64,000 nt of DNA from Octopus sinensis (lineage: Eukaryota), in assembly GCF_006345805.1 (NCBI RefSeq), contig NC_043000.1, positions 121,892,001-121,956,000 of the forward strand, in the 5' to 3' direction. The position numbers and the translations under genes are program-made. Shown piece by piece: positions 38,433 to 51,605 of the stretch (within the stretch, counting starts at the first letter, position 1; the number at the start of each line of letters is the position of its first letter). Below the pieces are notes generated by a model. That model worked only from the letters and a program-made list of their open reading frames with translations. It searched no databases and had not been told where the DNA came from.

Positions 38433-38698
38433 TGTTGTAGTGAAAATGGTACTCCTCCTCCCACGTGATAAACTGGTATGATACAGTCACTATAAAGTCG
38501 TTGTAGCAAGTCAGTAGCAGTAGAGTCGTTGTACGAGTTCTCAGTTGGAGTCAGTGTCACTTACGTGTTATAGTAGGGTTCGAGTTACCGTCAAGGTCGA
38601 CAAACGCCTCAAACTCATTGTGTTGCGGAGTTATCAGTGATAGCACGATAGATGAGTCAAAGATATTAATACGAGTAATACAACGGAATATAACAACA
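38433..38698 (+). repeat. 3' LTR of the Gypsy element
   Basis: Preceded by the polypurine tract AAAAGGGGAGA. Termini TGTTGT...ACAACA form a perfect 6-bp inverted repeat; length 266 bp. Confidence 0.8.
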
Positions 38699-39482
38699 GA
38701 TTATACAACAGAATATTACAGTGCCGACAATATTTTATACTTTTCGGAGCTCCCTCGAGTTACTGTGTATGTTTAATGAGCGCAGTCGTTAGAAATATTT
38801 TATGAAGAATCCTTAAATGGTATAGTTTAAAGGAAGTCATTACATGCATCACCAAAATCAGTTAATAAATTTCACAAATGGAAATAGGCCTGAATGATCT
38901 GAAGTGTTAGAATTAACCTCTACTTATGGCTTATAACGTTACGCATCTGAAATACAGATGCATGAGAAAGTTGTTTCGTATTTGTTTAGTACAAGTTCGC
39001 TCCTTATTGAGAGATGATATATCAAAGGTTCTCTCTCTCATAATGCTTTCATATATTAGGATATAGCATCTCGGAGTACATTAAACAAAATACCGTAACC
39101 ATTTCTAAGACAGTAGAGTAAAACCTGGGGTCAACGATTTTGATCGAATACTTATATATTGCTTCGGCAACCTCGAAAGGGTCAGGAGTTTTCAAATATT
39201 TTCCAATGAGTCGTCTCTAGTGAAGATGCATATAGTCTTAAAAATCCATTTTTTCATCTTCATTATTCTGACGTTATCAACTCTATACAATTTTGAGAGG
39301 TTTCTTCCAAAATTTGATATACAAACTACATTGATTGCAAAGCAAGAACTAGCATCATTATACTTGAACATGTCTTGAATTTCACTAAGTGGATATTGAA
39401 CTTCGAAATAAATGCTAGAATTCAATATTAGGTTGAAGTACATTTGTCCTCGTAAGGTATACATTTCGGAGAAGTAAATATA

Positions 39483-39888
39483 CAGGGTGTTCAAAAAGTC
39501 GCTCCGCAGTTAATTTTTCGGTGAACGGATTATTTCGAAGGGACTTTAGATACCAAGATCACCAGATTTCAAACCACCAGAATTTTTTCGGGGGAGCAAG
39601 TAAATGATCAGTGTACAGGAATCGCCCTGCACATAAATGAGCCAGAAGACGAAATCATAACCTTCACACGGTCCATACCGCGTCAGTGTCTCCACGATGT
39701 ATTTCAAAACGTGTGTAGAAGAGTCAACTTATGTATTGAAACTGAAGGACGACACTTTCAACACCTCTTATAAAGTTTTTAAATTCTAGTGAAGTCTATA
39801 TATACTTATATATACCATCTTATACCATCTTATAAATATTTCTTTTGCAATAAAATACTTACTGCCGAGAGACTTTTTGAACACCTTC
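39483..39888 (+). mobile_element. Tc1/mariner (maT/DD37D-like) deletion derivative
   Basis: TA TSDs and about 30-bp TIRs (CAGGGTGTTCAAAAAGTCGCTC versus reverse complement GAAGGTGTTCAAAAAGTCTCTC). Internal reading (W)IPRSPDFKPPEFF...VCRRVNLCIETEGRHFQHLL*. Confidence 0.85.
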
Positions 39889-40609
39889 TATTTAGCATAT
39901 TTGTTACACAGCAATTACTTAGATGTAAACTAATTATAGTTTCAGACTTAGGTTGTGGAAAAAAATGCAATTCTCCTTACTCCAAGCTGCACTTTGTCCC
40001 TAAAATTCTCCCACAGTTTCCAATATCGTCGTGGAATTTCTTATTGTAGTATAAACAAACATTTCATTATCTCACAATTTATGAAGGTGATAATTCAGTA
40101 TTCCCTAGGCTTAATGAAATTAGCCTTTAGTATAGATTGCTCAAACGAAACTGACAACTGATTAAGGAAATGTTCAAACGGTTTTATTGTATTATTTATA
40201 ATTTCTAACTGACCAACTTACGATGAGGGCGATATATAATTAAGGAGCAAAGAAGATGAACTGTTATAGAGGGTGATATTTATATCATTAAAGACTACTC
40301 TCCTATCATAATTACAGACTGGGACCCTCAATATTATCAAACATTTAACATTTTCAATTTGTATACCGTTACTCATATTTCAATTATTAGTTCCGAAATT
40401 AATAATTAAATAAGGCTAACATCTGCTGCCAATAAAGAAGTCCATTACTAAGGAAACTCTGCAAAGTATCAGTGAATTAATGCTGAGTAATGGACGTACA
40501 TAGTCTCCCTTCCGGAATATACAAACAATATTCATTTTCTACCAGACCGGGGATGTTCTAAAATGACACTAGATTAGAGTTCTATTTCTTCTGAACTAAT
40601 TAATAATAT

Positions 40610-41165
40610 TTTCTACTCTAGGCACGAGGCCCGTAATGTTTGGGGAGGAGGCCAGTCGATTAGACCGACCCAAGTACGCAACTGTTCTTTAATTTGTCGT
40701 GACCGAAAGGATGAAAGCCAAAGTCGAGCTCGGCGGAATTTCAACTAAGAACGTAATAACAGGCGAAATACCTATTTCTTTATTGCCCACACGGGACTAA
40801 ACATAGAGTGGACAAACAAGGACAGACAAAAACATAAGTCGATTACATCGACTCCAGTGCGCAACTGGAACTTATTTAATCGACCCGGAAAGGATGAAAG
40901 CCGACCTCGGCGGAATTTGAACTCAGAACGTAGCGGCAGACGAAATACCTATTTCTTTACTGCCCACAAGGGGCTACACACAGAGGGGACAAACAAGGAC
41001 CGACAAACGATTATATTGACCCCAGTGCGAAACTGGTACTTATTTAATCGACCCCGAAAGGATGAAAGGCGAAGTCGATCTAGGCAGAATTTGAACTCAG
41101 AACGTAGCGGCAGATGAAAAACCGCTAAGCATTTCGCCCGGCGTGCTAACGTTTCTGCCAGCTCG
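40610..41165 (-). mobile_element. head-to-tail trimer of SINE B-type units
   Basis: Three homologous bodies joined at the identical junction GAAATA-CC-TATTTC (40765-40778 and 40942-40955). Confidence 0.9.
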
Positions 41166-41696
41166 ATGCTATTCTACTCTGTACAATATTATAATTATTT
41201 ATGTATTTGTATATCAATACTTAAAGCAATATCATAAATTTTGTCATGAAGTATGATGTTTTAATATATTCTACCTGCTGTAATATTTGTTTGCTAGAAC
41301 ACAAAGACTTTCATATATTAAATACCTACAACAAGTAGAGGTGCATATGAGTACCTGATACGTGATTCTTGAAAACAGTTGATATTTGGAAGCCAGGTTT
41401 ATGCGTAGGAGATTTTGTTCAATATTGTATCTCCAATATATAAAGCCGGAGCATGTGTGAGCTTTCTGATCCATTGGAATCTATTATGACAAGAAATGCA
41501 CTACAAGTGCCATGCTGCTGTTTCGTCTCACGAACGGTGCCAATCTGACCTTACTATACTGCGTAGTCGGCAAAATCCAAAACAAACAATGCACGAAATA
41601 AAAAATATAAAAGGGCGACAATTTACCCATCGCAATTCGTATTTGTTTGTGTGTACATATATATACATAAACATATACATACATATATCTATACGC

Positions 41697-41745
<49 letters not shown>

Positions 41746-41879
41746 ATATATAAATATACACATATATATATATACATATATACACACATATATTTATGCA
41801 TATGTATGTCTATTTATCTATCTATTTCTCAATCTATCTATCCCCCATCTCTCTCTCTTCCTATATTTATATATATATA

Positions 41880-41910
<31 letters not shown>

Positions 41911-42157
41911 AATTAGATAATAAGGGTAGGAATTGATACTAATCAATTAAAACCAGTGATTTAGCATATCCGAAGATTAAAAATTGTGTTACATACAAAA
42001 TTAAGAGGAATGACCAATAAAGTGGACAACTAATATGCTAAACATAGACGACAAATCGCCATTACCAAGAAGAGTGTGTTCTCAAGTGTGTTCTTGTGAA
42101 CACTCCCTTCGTGGTAATGGCGATTTTACGTCTATATTTAGTATATTAGGTGTCCAC
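41911..42157. mobile_element. (TA)n-embedded fold-back element (60-bp arms; mirror orientation)
   Basis: Tail 41911-42021, arms 42022-42081 and 42098-42157 (8 mismatches). (TA)n on both sides. Confidence 0.8.
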
Positions 42158-42194
<37 letters not shown>

Positions 42195-42952
42195 CAGTAC
42201 ACCTACACTCCACTCACACACGTATATGATATATATATATATATATATATAAACATGTGTGTGTGCGTGCATGCGGATGTGCGTGTGTGTGTGTGTGTGT
42301 GTACTTATAATTTGAAATGCCTATACATTATCACCGATATTCAAAACCATTTTTAGGCTATTTCCAAATCTGCGTATTTTATAAACTACTTGACTGACAT
42401 ATTCTTCCGTATGACAACTCTATTCAAGCAAGCAAATGCAGTTACTTCTCCCCCAAACAATTACCATCATAGAGACTACATACGTATTTTGATTAGAAAA
42501 TTGACCACGCCAATTTCAATCTTCAATTCACATAACTGTCCACATTTAATGCACTTTTCTTTTCACAAAACAGCGAACCTAAACTGCTTTGCTAAAATGT
42601 CTAGTATCTATATATCGACAGAACTATAAAGGCGCTTTTGAAATAACAATTGCTTAAGGAACCAGTTTGTGGATGGACATCTTTGAGGTATGAGAAAAAA
42701 TTTTGTACGCATTGTTCCCAGCAATTTTAACACATCTTCGTCAATGTCACTTGCCGTCATTCAGTCACGACAAATCTCGTTAAAACGAATAACTTTTAAG
42801 ATTTTGACGTTATTAGTGTCACACGCGTTCTAGTTAAAGTAATTTTTCTATAATGGCTTCGCCTTCCTCTCAACACCATTAGTTTTCCTATAGATTTTAT
42901 GTTCGTTTTAGAATGCTGCTATAATTTAACAGTTGGCTTTGTTATTTCCACA

Positions 42953-43012
<60 letters not shown>

Positions 43013-43935
43013 TCTCTCTCTCACTTTCCAGTCATTCGCATGACCACTTTCCACTTTCGCTCTCCCACTGTAACTGAGGTAAGTATCACTTTTTTTTTCA
43101 TCGCGTCTTCACATATAGATCCATTTCCTTTCAAACATCTCGTATCACATGCATTTGCTACAACTCACACACCATTGAATATTTCGTGCCCATGGATGAG
43201 CATGCGCAATTCAACATAACAGAGCTTATGGATATTTTCATTTGAAAAACTAACGAAAATGAAAGCAACTGAAATGAACAGATGATGTGATCAGTATTTC
43301 ATGCGTAGTCTGTATACCTCAAATAACACAGTACAAGTGTTTATAAATTTCTGTAAAAGCTGAGAATGTTCAGTCAAGGCAGTTCGTTTTATGAATCGCA
43401 AAAGATAACTAAGCGTATAACCTTATATTAGGATGAAAGCCATCTGATATTTTTTCCAATATCAGTATATAACTCCCAGAAACAACTGACCTTTAATACC
43501 TTAGCTAATACGTTGCGGACAGTAATCAATACATCCTGACGGAAAATGATTAAAAGTAGCACGCCTGTAGCAAATTTGAAAACACCTGGAAGACTCGCTT
43601 TTGCAACGTCACGAAGTGTAGCCTCGGGATATGTGTAGAATGGTTTTGTCTGTACAGAGCCGGCACTGAATATATGAAGAAGGATCTTCAAGACTGGTAG
43701 AAACACCAAACATCTCAGCAGGAAGACGATCAATACATATCATGCTATGAGCAAAAGACCAAAGAGAATATTCATGGGAATATTCCAAACATCTCTATGG
43801 TATTCATGGTGGACATTGCAGGCCGTGACTATCAAGCAGAACAATAGGTTATAAAAGATGTTAATAAAGTTCTACTCCAGAAACTTTTGCATCACAAAAG
43901 ATGATGCCATAATCTCAAATACGTTGGCGTTTTTA

Positions 43936-44140
43936 TTTCTTTATTGTACACAAGGGGCTAATACAGACAGCACAAACAAGGACGGACAAACGGATTAAGT
44001 CGATCATATCGACCCCAATGTGTAACTGGTACTTATTTAATCGACCTCGAAAGGATAAAAGGCAAAGTCGACCTCGGCGGAATTTGAACGCAGAACGTAG
44101 CGGCAGATGACATACCGCTCAGCATTTCGCCCGGCAGCTA
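43936..44140 (-). mobile_element. SINE family B
   Basis: Aligns with 16561-16792; the extreme 5' end is lost. Confidence 0.9.
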
Positions 44141-44254
44141 ATGACAGAGTGGGGTATCTGGTGCAGTGGGGTAAAACAAAGCATATAGGTTGCGGCCGCT
44201 TGAAAGATGAAAATAAGTTTAGTAGTAGTAGTATTGGTAGTAGTAGTAGTAGTA

Positions 44255-44294
<40 letters not shown>

Positions 44295-44334
44295 TAATGT
44301 TGTTTTTATTGTTGTGGTGGTTATTGCTACTGTA

Positions 44335-44371
<37 letters not shown>

Positions 44372-45032
44372 CAAAAGCGGAATAGAGGCTATTGAAACTT
44401 TCGGACAGATAGAGGACACAAAGGCGGACAAGAGAAACAACAATTAGAAGGACAGGTGAAAAAAGACGGGTCATTCTTGTCTTTCTTTCCTATTTCGGAC
44501 AGTTACACAGATGGTTCGTTCTGGTTGTCCCTAAAAATGTCTAAGCTAAGAGCATTATACCCCTTTGTAAGAGAGCTAGCGAATGTGTGCGGTAACAGAG
44601 ACAAAAACGCAAAAAAAAACAGAGAGCATGGTACACAATTACGAATACCAGAAGAAATAACAACAGGCGTCTTTCGACTTAGAACGATTGAGCTGGTGTG
44701 TATGAAGTGAAAGCCTAAAGGCAGAAACATGGGAGATAGACACAACACGTGTTGACGGTCAGCATTCAGGCCAAGAAATAAATATCATGGCTGGCCGGAC
44801 ACCGGTCACGTGAAAGGAGGAGAAATGGGTAGGGGACAGCGGGATTGGGGGATTAGAAAAATATCAGACAAGGGAAAAGTTGCAGGGGAGATAAATGAGT
44901 GGGAAATAGTGGGAGTTAAAGGAAGAGAGGGCCAATAAATGTGAAAGAGGGCCAATAAAAGATAGAGTAACAGTTGTACATAATTTAGATACATACCTAC
45001 TATAAGGTGAGAACAAGGGTGTACGTACACCG

Positions 45033-45076
<44 letters not shown>

Positions 45077-45915
45077 CGATATATATAAAGCAATGGACGT
45101 TCTCCATGAAAATATTCCAGATTTGCGGTTCTAATTTAAAAAAGAAAGTATAATTTCAGGTAAACTACGCAAGGCATCCGCCAGCAAACTGTAACAGTAG
45201 GAACAAATGAACTTGTACACTAAGTCGAGCACGCATGGTTAGTTGCATTCGTATACAAAGATAAGGTCACCTCTATTCCACCACATGAAACAACCGAGAG
45301 AAAATCATATAACAAATACTGCGCACGTGACTTCGAAAATTCATTTCCCAATCTTTCTAAGGCTAGGAAGCCGTATCTGGAATCTGAAAGAGAGTAATAG
45401 GCACCCACAATTAATTGGATTATTGTAGAGAGATTTATATTATGCATTAATGGATAAAAGTATGCATGGACTGTGATAGCTAAAACAAAAGATCCATATT
45501 AGATTTTTTTTTGAAACCCTGAATTTTTGAAACCTTCTGAATTTGTTATAAAATATTTAAAAGATTTGTTATCAAGAAATTGGAAGACTCACTCCTCAAT
45601 GGATTAGACACATAGTTTATCACAATTTACGTTGTGCCGGATTCGACTACACTTACAAGAAAACTGTTTTGTTTTTGTATTACAATACTCTGCATTAAAA
45701 AATATTCTTCATGTAATTGATTATCACGTTTTTACCCCTGACAACTTCACATGATTGATTCGCATTCTCTCTCATGATAACAATGTAATTCAGGCCTGAG
45801 CAATTGAGAGATTCTGCCACATACATTATATATGAATGTCCTATTACTGCATGATCTGAACCTGAAATTTTCAAAATGAGAAGACGCTCTCATATAATTC
45901 TTACATTCATTGAAT

Positions 45916-46014
<99 letters not shown>

Positions 46015-46044
46015 TATTTACACATATACATATATATATATATA

Positions 46045-46087
<43 letters not shown>

Positions 46088-46156
46088 CACATATACATAT
46101 ATATTTATATATATATACATGTATATATATATTCATATATATATGTATATATATAC

Positions 46157-46385
46157 CTGGAAAAGTAATATATGACAATTAATCGGTAGCCATGATAAAA
46201 CTCCGCGTTTCGGATGTCGAGGTGGAAATCTACGCCGCCATCTCTTCAGTTATCCGGCCCGGCATCCGAAACTCGAAGTTTTATCATGGATACCGAATAA
46301 TTGTCACACGTTACTTTTACAGATAAATTCCTCTATTTATATAGTATCGAGGTTTCTTTCTTTTCTTGTCTTACCATTTTTATCA
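46157..46385. mobile_element. (TA)n-embedded fold-back element carrying a hammerhead fold
   Basis: Arms about 46157-46221 and 46258-46322, tail to 46385, (TA)n on both sides. Confidence 0.8.
46194..46254 (-). ncRNA. type-I hammerhead ribozyme fold
   Basis: gauaa-CUGAAGA-GAUG...CAUC-C-GAA-AC(GCGGA)GU-U|uuauc. Perfect 5-bp stem I and canonical core. Stem II needs one bulged C, and the cleavage triplet is GUU. Confidence 0.65.
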
Positions 46386-46464
46386 ATATATATATATATA
46401 AGTAATTATTAATTTACTATGAAAATTACCCACAAAGGTGCTTCAAAAAGTGGTAGTCATTAGG

Positions 46465-47259
46465 AGAAAGCTCTGGGGTTTACGCTGGTTGGGGGAGGAA
46501 TTCATAGCCATGTTATAAGATTGGGTCTCTGATTTCCGCACGAACCTTCGGGATCTAATCGCGCGAAGAGAGGGAATGTGAGCTCTTCTTTGTTCTAACG
46601 TCTCACGAATGTTTAGTGACTGGTGACGGGAAATGCGTCCCGTACACAAATGTCAAGCGCCGAAACCAGTAGGTAGAGAAAAGAGAAAGACCAGCGCTAC
46701 CGGCTAAAGAAAGTTTTCACCCATCTAAGGTGTTGTTATCTGTTTGGTGTAATATGAAAATATTGTTCACTTTGAAATATCAAACCCAAAACAAAACGAT
46801 AACAAAGCAGGCCTACTGCGACCAGCTTTAGCGGCTTAAGTAAGCGCTAGAAGAAAAGTGACCATCTTTAGTTTTAAGAGGAAAGGTGTTTTTCCCACAG
46901 GATAATGCTCGGTTACATACAAACAGGATGATATTCCAAAGCCTGGAGCAGTTTGAATGGGAAACGAAGCATTAACCGCCATATTCACTGGACATTGCCC
47001 CCCCCCCTCCGATTAACGTTTATTCAGCAGTCTTCAAAATCATTTGGACTGAGAAAATATGAATTCTTTCGATGAGGTCAGAACTGTATTGGATGAGTGA
47101 TTTTTCGTCACGGAAGTGCGAATTTTGTAAGAGGAGCATTAACGGATAGATGGAAGATCTTTGTAGAAAATGTATATTTTAGATTAAAAAGACTTCGTTT
47201 ATTTTAATTTTGAAAAATAATAGAAGTATAAAAAATCGCATTTTTATAGGATGACCCAA
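46465..47259 (+). mobile_element. decayed mariner (DD34D-type) transposase with right TIR
   Basis: (W)FPHEPS (WVPHEL motif), LVTGDGKCVPYTNVKRR, HPSKVLLSVW, QDNARLHT and PPYSLDIAP. Ends ...GGATGACCCAA-TA. Confidence 0.9.
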
Positions 47260-47273
47260 TATATAAATATATT

Positions 47274-47306
<33 letters not shown>

Positions 47307-47421
47307 GCGTGTGTGTGTATGTGTGTATTTGTGTGTGTGCGCGTATCCATGTACATATATGTGTATGCGTTCCTGTGTGAACGTATGTGTGAGAGTGTGA
47401 ATATATATCTACATAAATCCT

Positions 47422-47457
<36 letters not shown>

Positions 47458-47520
47458 TATAAATTTATGCGCAGATGCAATGAGTTTTATAGAAACAGCA
47501 AGATTGATAGATAGTTAAGT

Positions 47521-47608
<88 letters not shown>

Positions 47609-48165
47609 GCATTCATATTTTTGTATAAACTCTGCACATACCACCTGACCATTCGTGCGATTAATTGCAACCGTAATGAAAATACTAACGAAACTATCAA
47701 AGCATATGTACCTGACATACATAATACTGGTGAGTCATATTTTCTTCATTTATTTATTGCTATAATAACTATGGAAATTTTTTTTTTAGTAATATATTGG
47801 ATATTCGAATATTATCAAAATGGTGTGTCTTGTGAACTCTTGCAGCACAACAGTTTTAAATCTTCTGTTCCCACTGATAAAAACTGAAACAAAATAAAAA
47901 ATATAAAGTTAAAGAATCAGTCATGCAAGTAAATAAGATAACAATACTTCAATGTTCAAATTGAAACAAGCTAGGATTGGCAATAATTAGAAGCAATTAT
48001 TTCTTATGATTAATCGTTAAAAAATAGAACTTTAAGAATCGTGCAAAAAAGTACCACTTAGAGAGGCGCGCACGCGCCACAGAAACACACATAGATTCCA
48101 AAATGTTCAAACGCTCCAAAGCTCGCTCACGTACATGAGCATACACACAAGTAGATGAAATACAC

Positions 48166-48249
<84 letters not shown>

Positions 48250-48496
48250 TGAATGGATAGATAGACAATGAGTTGGACAGGTGTTGGATGTACAAACGGG
48301 AAAGAAAATCTCAAGTTAATTTCCGTATAGAAAGATGAAGTGAATTATATTTTCATTTCTTAAAGTGTCGTACACAATGAAGACCTCAGAGTTGTGATGC
48401 GCGGCAAAGCAAGATTCGAACACACATAGACATACAAACAGAGATGGGTGGCTATCTTAATGCATATATATATGTGTGTGTGTGTTTGTTTTATGC

Positions 48497-48546
<50 letters not shown>

Positions 48547-48918
48547 GAAAATTCTCTAATGATAAGCATAATTATAATTAGGGTTCAGTAAACATTGCTT
48601 CACCACATACCGAAATTTTGAAATAGCAATTAAAATACTCTTCCACTACCATAAGATATCTCCCAGACAGCAATACTCTCAACTCACGCAGGTAATTTGA
48701 GAGTATTGCTGTCTTAGGGCGGTGGAAAGGTGTTTAACTACTATTTCTAAATTTCGGTATGTGGTGAAGGAATTTTTGCTGAACCCTAATTATAATAATG
48801 CTTATAATTATAGAATTTTTCTATAAGGTTACCGATAATGATTCTTTTAACATACCGAACTATTTGGTAAAATTTTTAATTATTAATTGATTAGTTAATT
48901 TTACCCTTTATTATATAT
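48547..48918. mobile_element. (TA)n-adjacent fold-back element (about 125-135-bp arms plus tail)
   Basis: Arms 48547-48682 and 48697-48820 (the left arm has a short extra insert). Tail 48821-48918. Confidence 0.8.
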
Positions 48919-49144
48919 TTCAGTCATTTGACGCCGGCTATACTGGAGCACTGCCTTTATTCGAGCAAATTGCCCCCAGAGCTTATTCGTTGTAAGCCTA
49001 CTACTTATTCTATCGGGTTCTTTTCCTGAGCCGCTACATTACGAGTACGCAAACACACCAGCATCGGTTGTCAAGCGATGTTGAGGGGGGGGAGATAGAC
49101 ACACAAACATATACACACACATAGCCAGACAGACAGACAGACAG

Positions 49145-49204
<60 letters not shown>

Positions 49205-49352
49205 CGACGGGCTTCTTTCAGTTTCCGTCTACCAAATCTACCCAGAAAGATTTGGTCGGCCCGAGGCTATAGTAAAAGACAATTGTACAAGCAGCCACGC
49301 AGTGGCACTGAATCCGGAACCATGTGGTTGGTGAGCAAACTACTTACCACTA
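48919..49352 (-). mobile_element. SINE family A (ends trimmed)
   Basis: Homologous to 239-670, including the internal microsatellite. Confidence 0.9.
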
Positions 49353-49386
49353 TTTTATATATACATTTACGTATACACAATTATTA

Positions 49387-49435
<49 letters not shown>

Positions 49436-49436
49436 T

Positions 49437-49470
<34 letters not shown>

Positions 49471-49474
49471 ATAT

Positions 49475-49532
<58 letters not shown>

Positions 49533-49995
49533 CATACATACTTACAATGTTTATTATTCACACTAATACTCACATATATCTATGTTTATAAATACTGCTT
49601 GCCTGTTCTTATTTGCAAATGTCCAGTCAAATAAATTAGGGATGTTCGACCGATGCATATTCTTCATTGCCTTCAATACTCTCTGTGAAGTTGCTGTATA
49701 ACATTTGAATAATTCCTCTATTTCAAACGGCATTTCAAGACCAATTATGACTGAGCAAATTGTTTGTTATTTCAACTCTCATACACGTTCACGCGCACAC
49801 AAAAACTCACACACACACACACACGAATACAAACACTCATATGTAAATGTGTATGTGTGTGTCTGTGTATTGAAAACATCTAATATCTCCTGATCCTAAG
49901 AATTTATGGAGAGGACATCACTTTCTCGTGCTCAGCAATTTTATTAGGGATTGATACGTATTAGTAAGAATATATATAACAATAAATGACTTTGA

Positions 49996-50227
49996 AGGCG
50001 GCGAGCTGGCAGAAACGTTAGCATGCCAGACGAAATGCGTAGCCGTGTTTCGTCTGCCGTTACGTTCTGAGTTCAAATTCCGCCGAGGTCGACTTTGCTT
50101 TTCATCTTTTCGGGGTCGATAAATTAAGTACCGGTTACCCACTGGAGTCGATGTAATCGACTTAATCCGTTTGTCTGTCCTTGTTTGTTCCCTCTGTGTT
50201 TAGCCTCTTGTGGGTAGTAAAGAAATA
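49996..50227 (+). mobile_element. SINE family B with 12-bp TSD
   Basis: Full head to tail. TAACAATAAATG at 49977-49988 and 50234-50245. Confidence 0.93.
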
Positions 50228-50628
50228 TATATGTAACAATAAATGTCCTCATTGATCGTGTTCCCATACCATATGTTTATCTCTAAAGAGAAGAATGTGG
50301 CCTGTACTATGAAAGAGATCTTGAATCTTTTTTATGATCGAGGTTTCTGCGCCAATACTCACTTCACATGCCCTGGGGAAGGCAAGCGATTTTAACATTC
50401 AATGGATTTCTTGCCATGTTTTGTTATAGTCATTGTGTGTTATTATTTTGTGTGTATGGGAATCTTTCCTACTAGAAAGGAGGAAAATAAATAGGAGGCA
50501 GTAATAACGAAATGAGAGGAAATAAACTTTAAATCATTGATAGCCTCGTCTTGTGTGTCATCTCAGGAAGATATTATCAACATTGATGTTGTATTCAGTT
50601 TTCTTTGCATCCTGATACGAAGTTTTCT

Positions 50629-50855
50629 TATTTCTTTATTACCCATAAGGGGCTAAACATAGAGGGGACAAACAAGGACAGACAAACGGATGAAGTCGAT
50701 TACATCGATCCCAGTGCGTGACTGGTATTTATTTAATCGACCCCGAAAGGATGAAAGGCAAAGTTGACCTCGGCGGAATTTGAACTCAGAACGTAACGGC
50801 AGGCGAAATACGGCTACGCATTTCGCCCGGCGTGCTAACGTTTCATCCAGCTCAC
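50629..50855 (-). mobile_element. SINE family B
   Basis: Aligns along its length with 49996-50227 in inverted orientation. Confidence 0.93.
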
Positions 50856-51165
50856 TGTTTCGGCCATCATTCAAGAGCAATCAAAGGACCAGCGAAACAT
50901 ATATGCTGATCATCTTGCTCTTACAACAACTTATCAAGCATGAGAGTAGCAAGACATTTTAACATCATAAAATAATGGTGTAGCTAACGTTTGTCTGTGC
51001 TGTGATGCAAATACGCTTACAATTTTACTGTTATGGTATAACCTATAGACATATACAATGTAACATTTCAAATAGACCCTCTTAACGCATAAGCAAATCA
51101 TTGACAGAATTACTAGTCAAGTTCTTTTCAGTATAAAAACTGTTCTTTTAAGTATGAAAACTCTA

Positions 51166-51331
51166 TAGGCGCAGGAGTGCGTGTGTCGTAAGTAGCTTGC
51201 TTACCAACCACATAGTTCCGGTTTCAGTCCCACTCCATCGCACCTTGCGCAAGTGTCTTCTACTATAGCCTGGGGCCGACCAAACCCTTGTGAGTGGATT
51301 TGGTTAACGGAAATTGAAAAAAAGCCCGTCG

Positions 51332-51368
<37 letters not shown>

Positions 51369-51605
51369 ATGTGTGTGTGTGTGTGTGTGTATACGTTTGT
51401 GTGTTTGTGTTTGTCCCCCTAACATCGCTTGACAACCGATGCTGGTGTGTTTACGTCCCTGTCACTTAGCGGTTCGGCAAGTGACACCGATACAATAAGT
51501 ATTAGGCTTACAAAGAATACGTCCTGGGGCCGATTAGCTCGACAAAATGCGGTGTCCCAGCATAGCCGCAGTCAAATAACTGAAACAAATATAAGAATAA
51601 AAGAA
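51166..51605 (+). mobile_element. SINE family A
   Basis: Head TAGGCGCAGGAGTG, core, internal (TA)(TG)n and tail all present. Confidence 0.92.

Larger units (their letters stand above)
36120..38698 (+). mobile_element. decayed Ty3/Gypsy LTR retrotransposon (RT C-terminus, RNase H, integrase, PPT, 3' LTR)
   Basis: KIKYLGQVID, FLQAFLGLVN, LGHADGLYRL, EFHIGHPDIARMK and LFARFGISGVTISDNGTQFVSNEFRKFC occur in RT-RH-IN order, with many stops and frameshifts. Confidence 0.92.
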
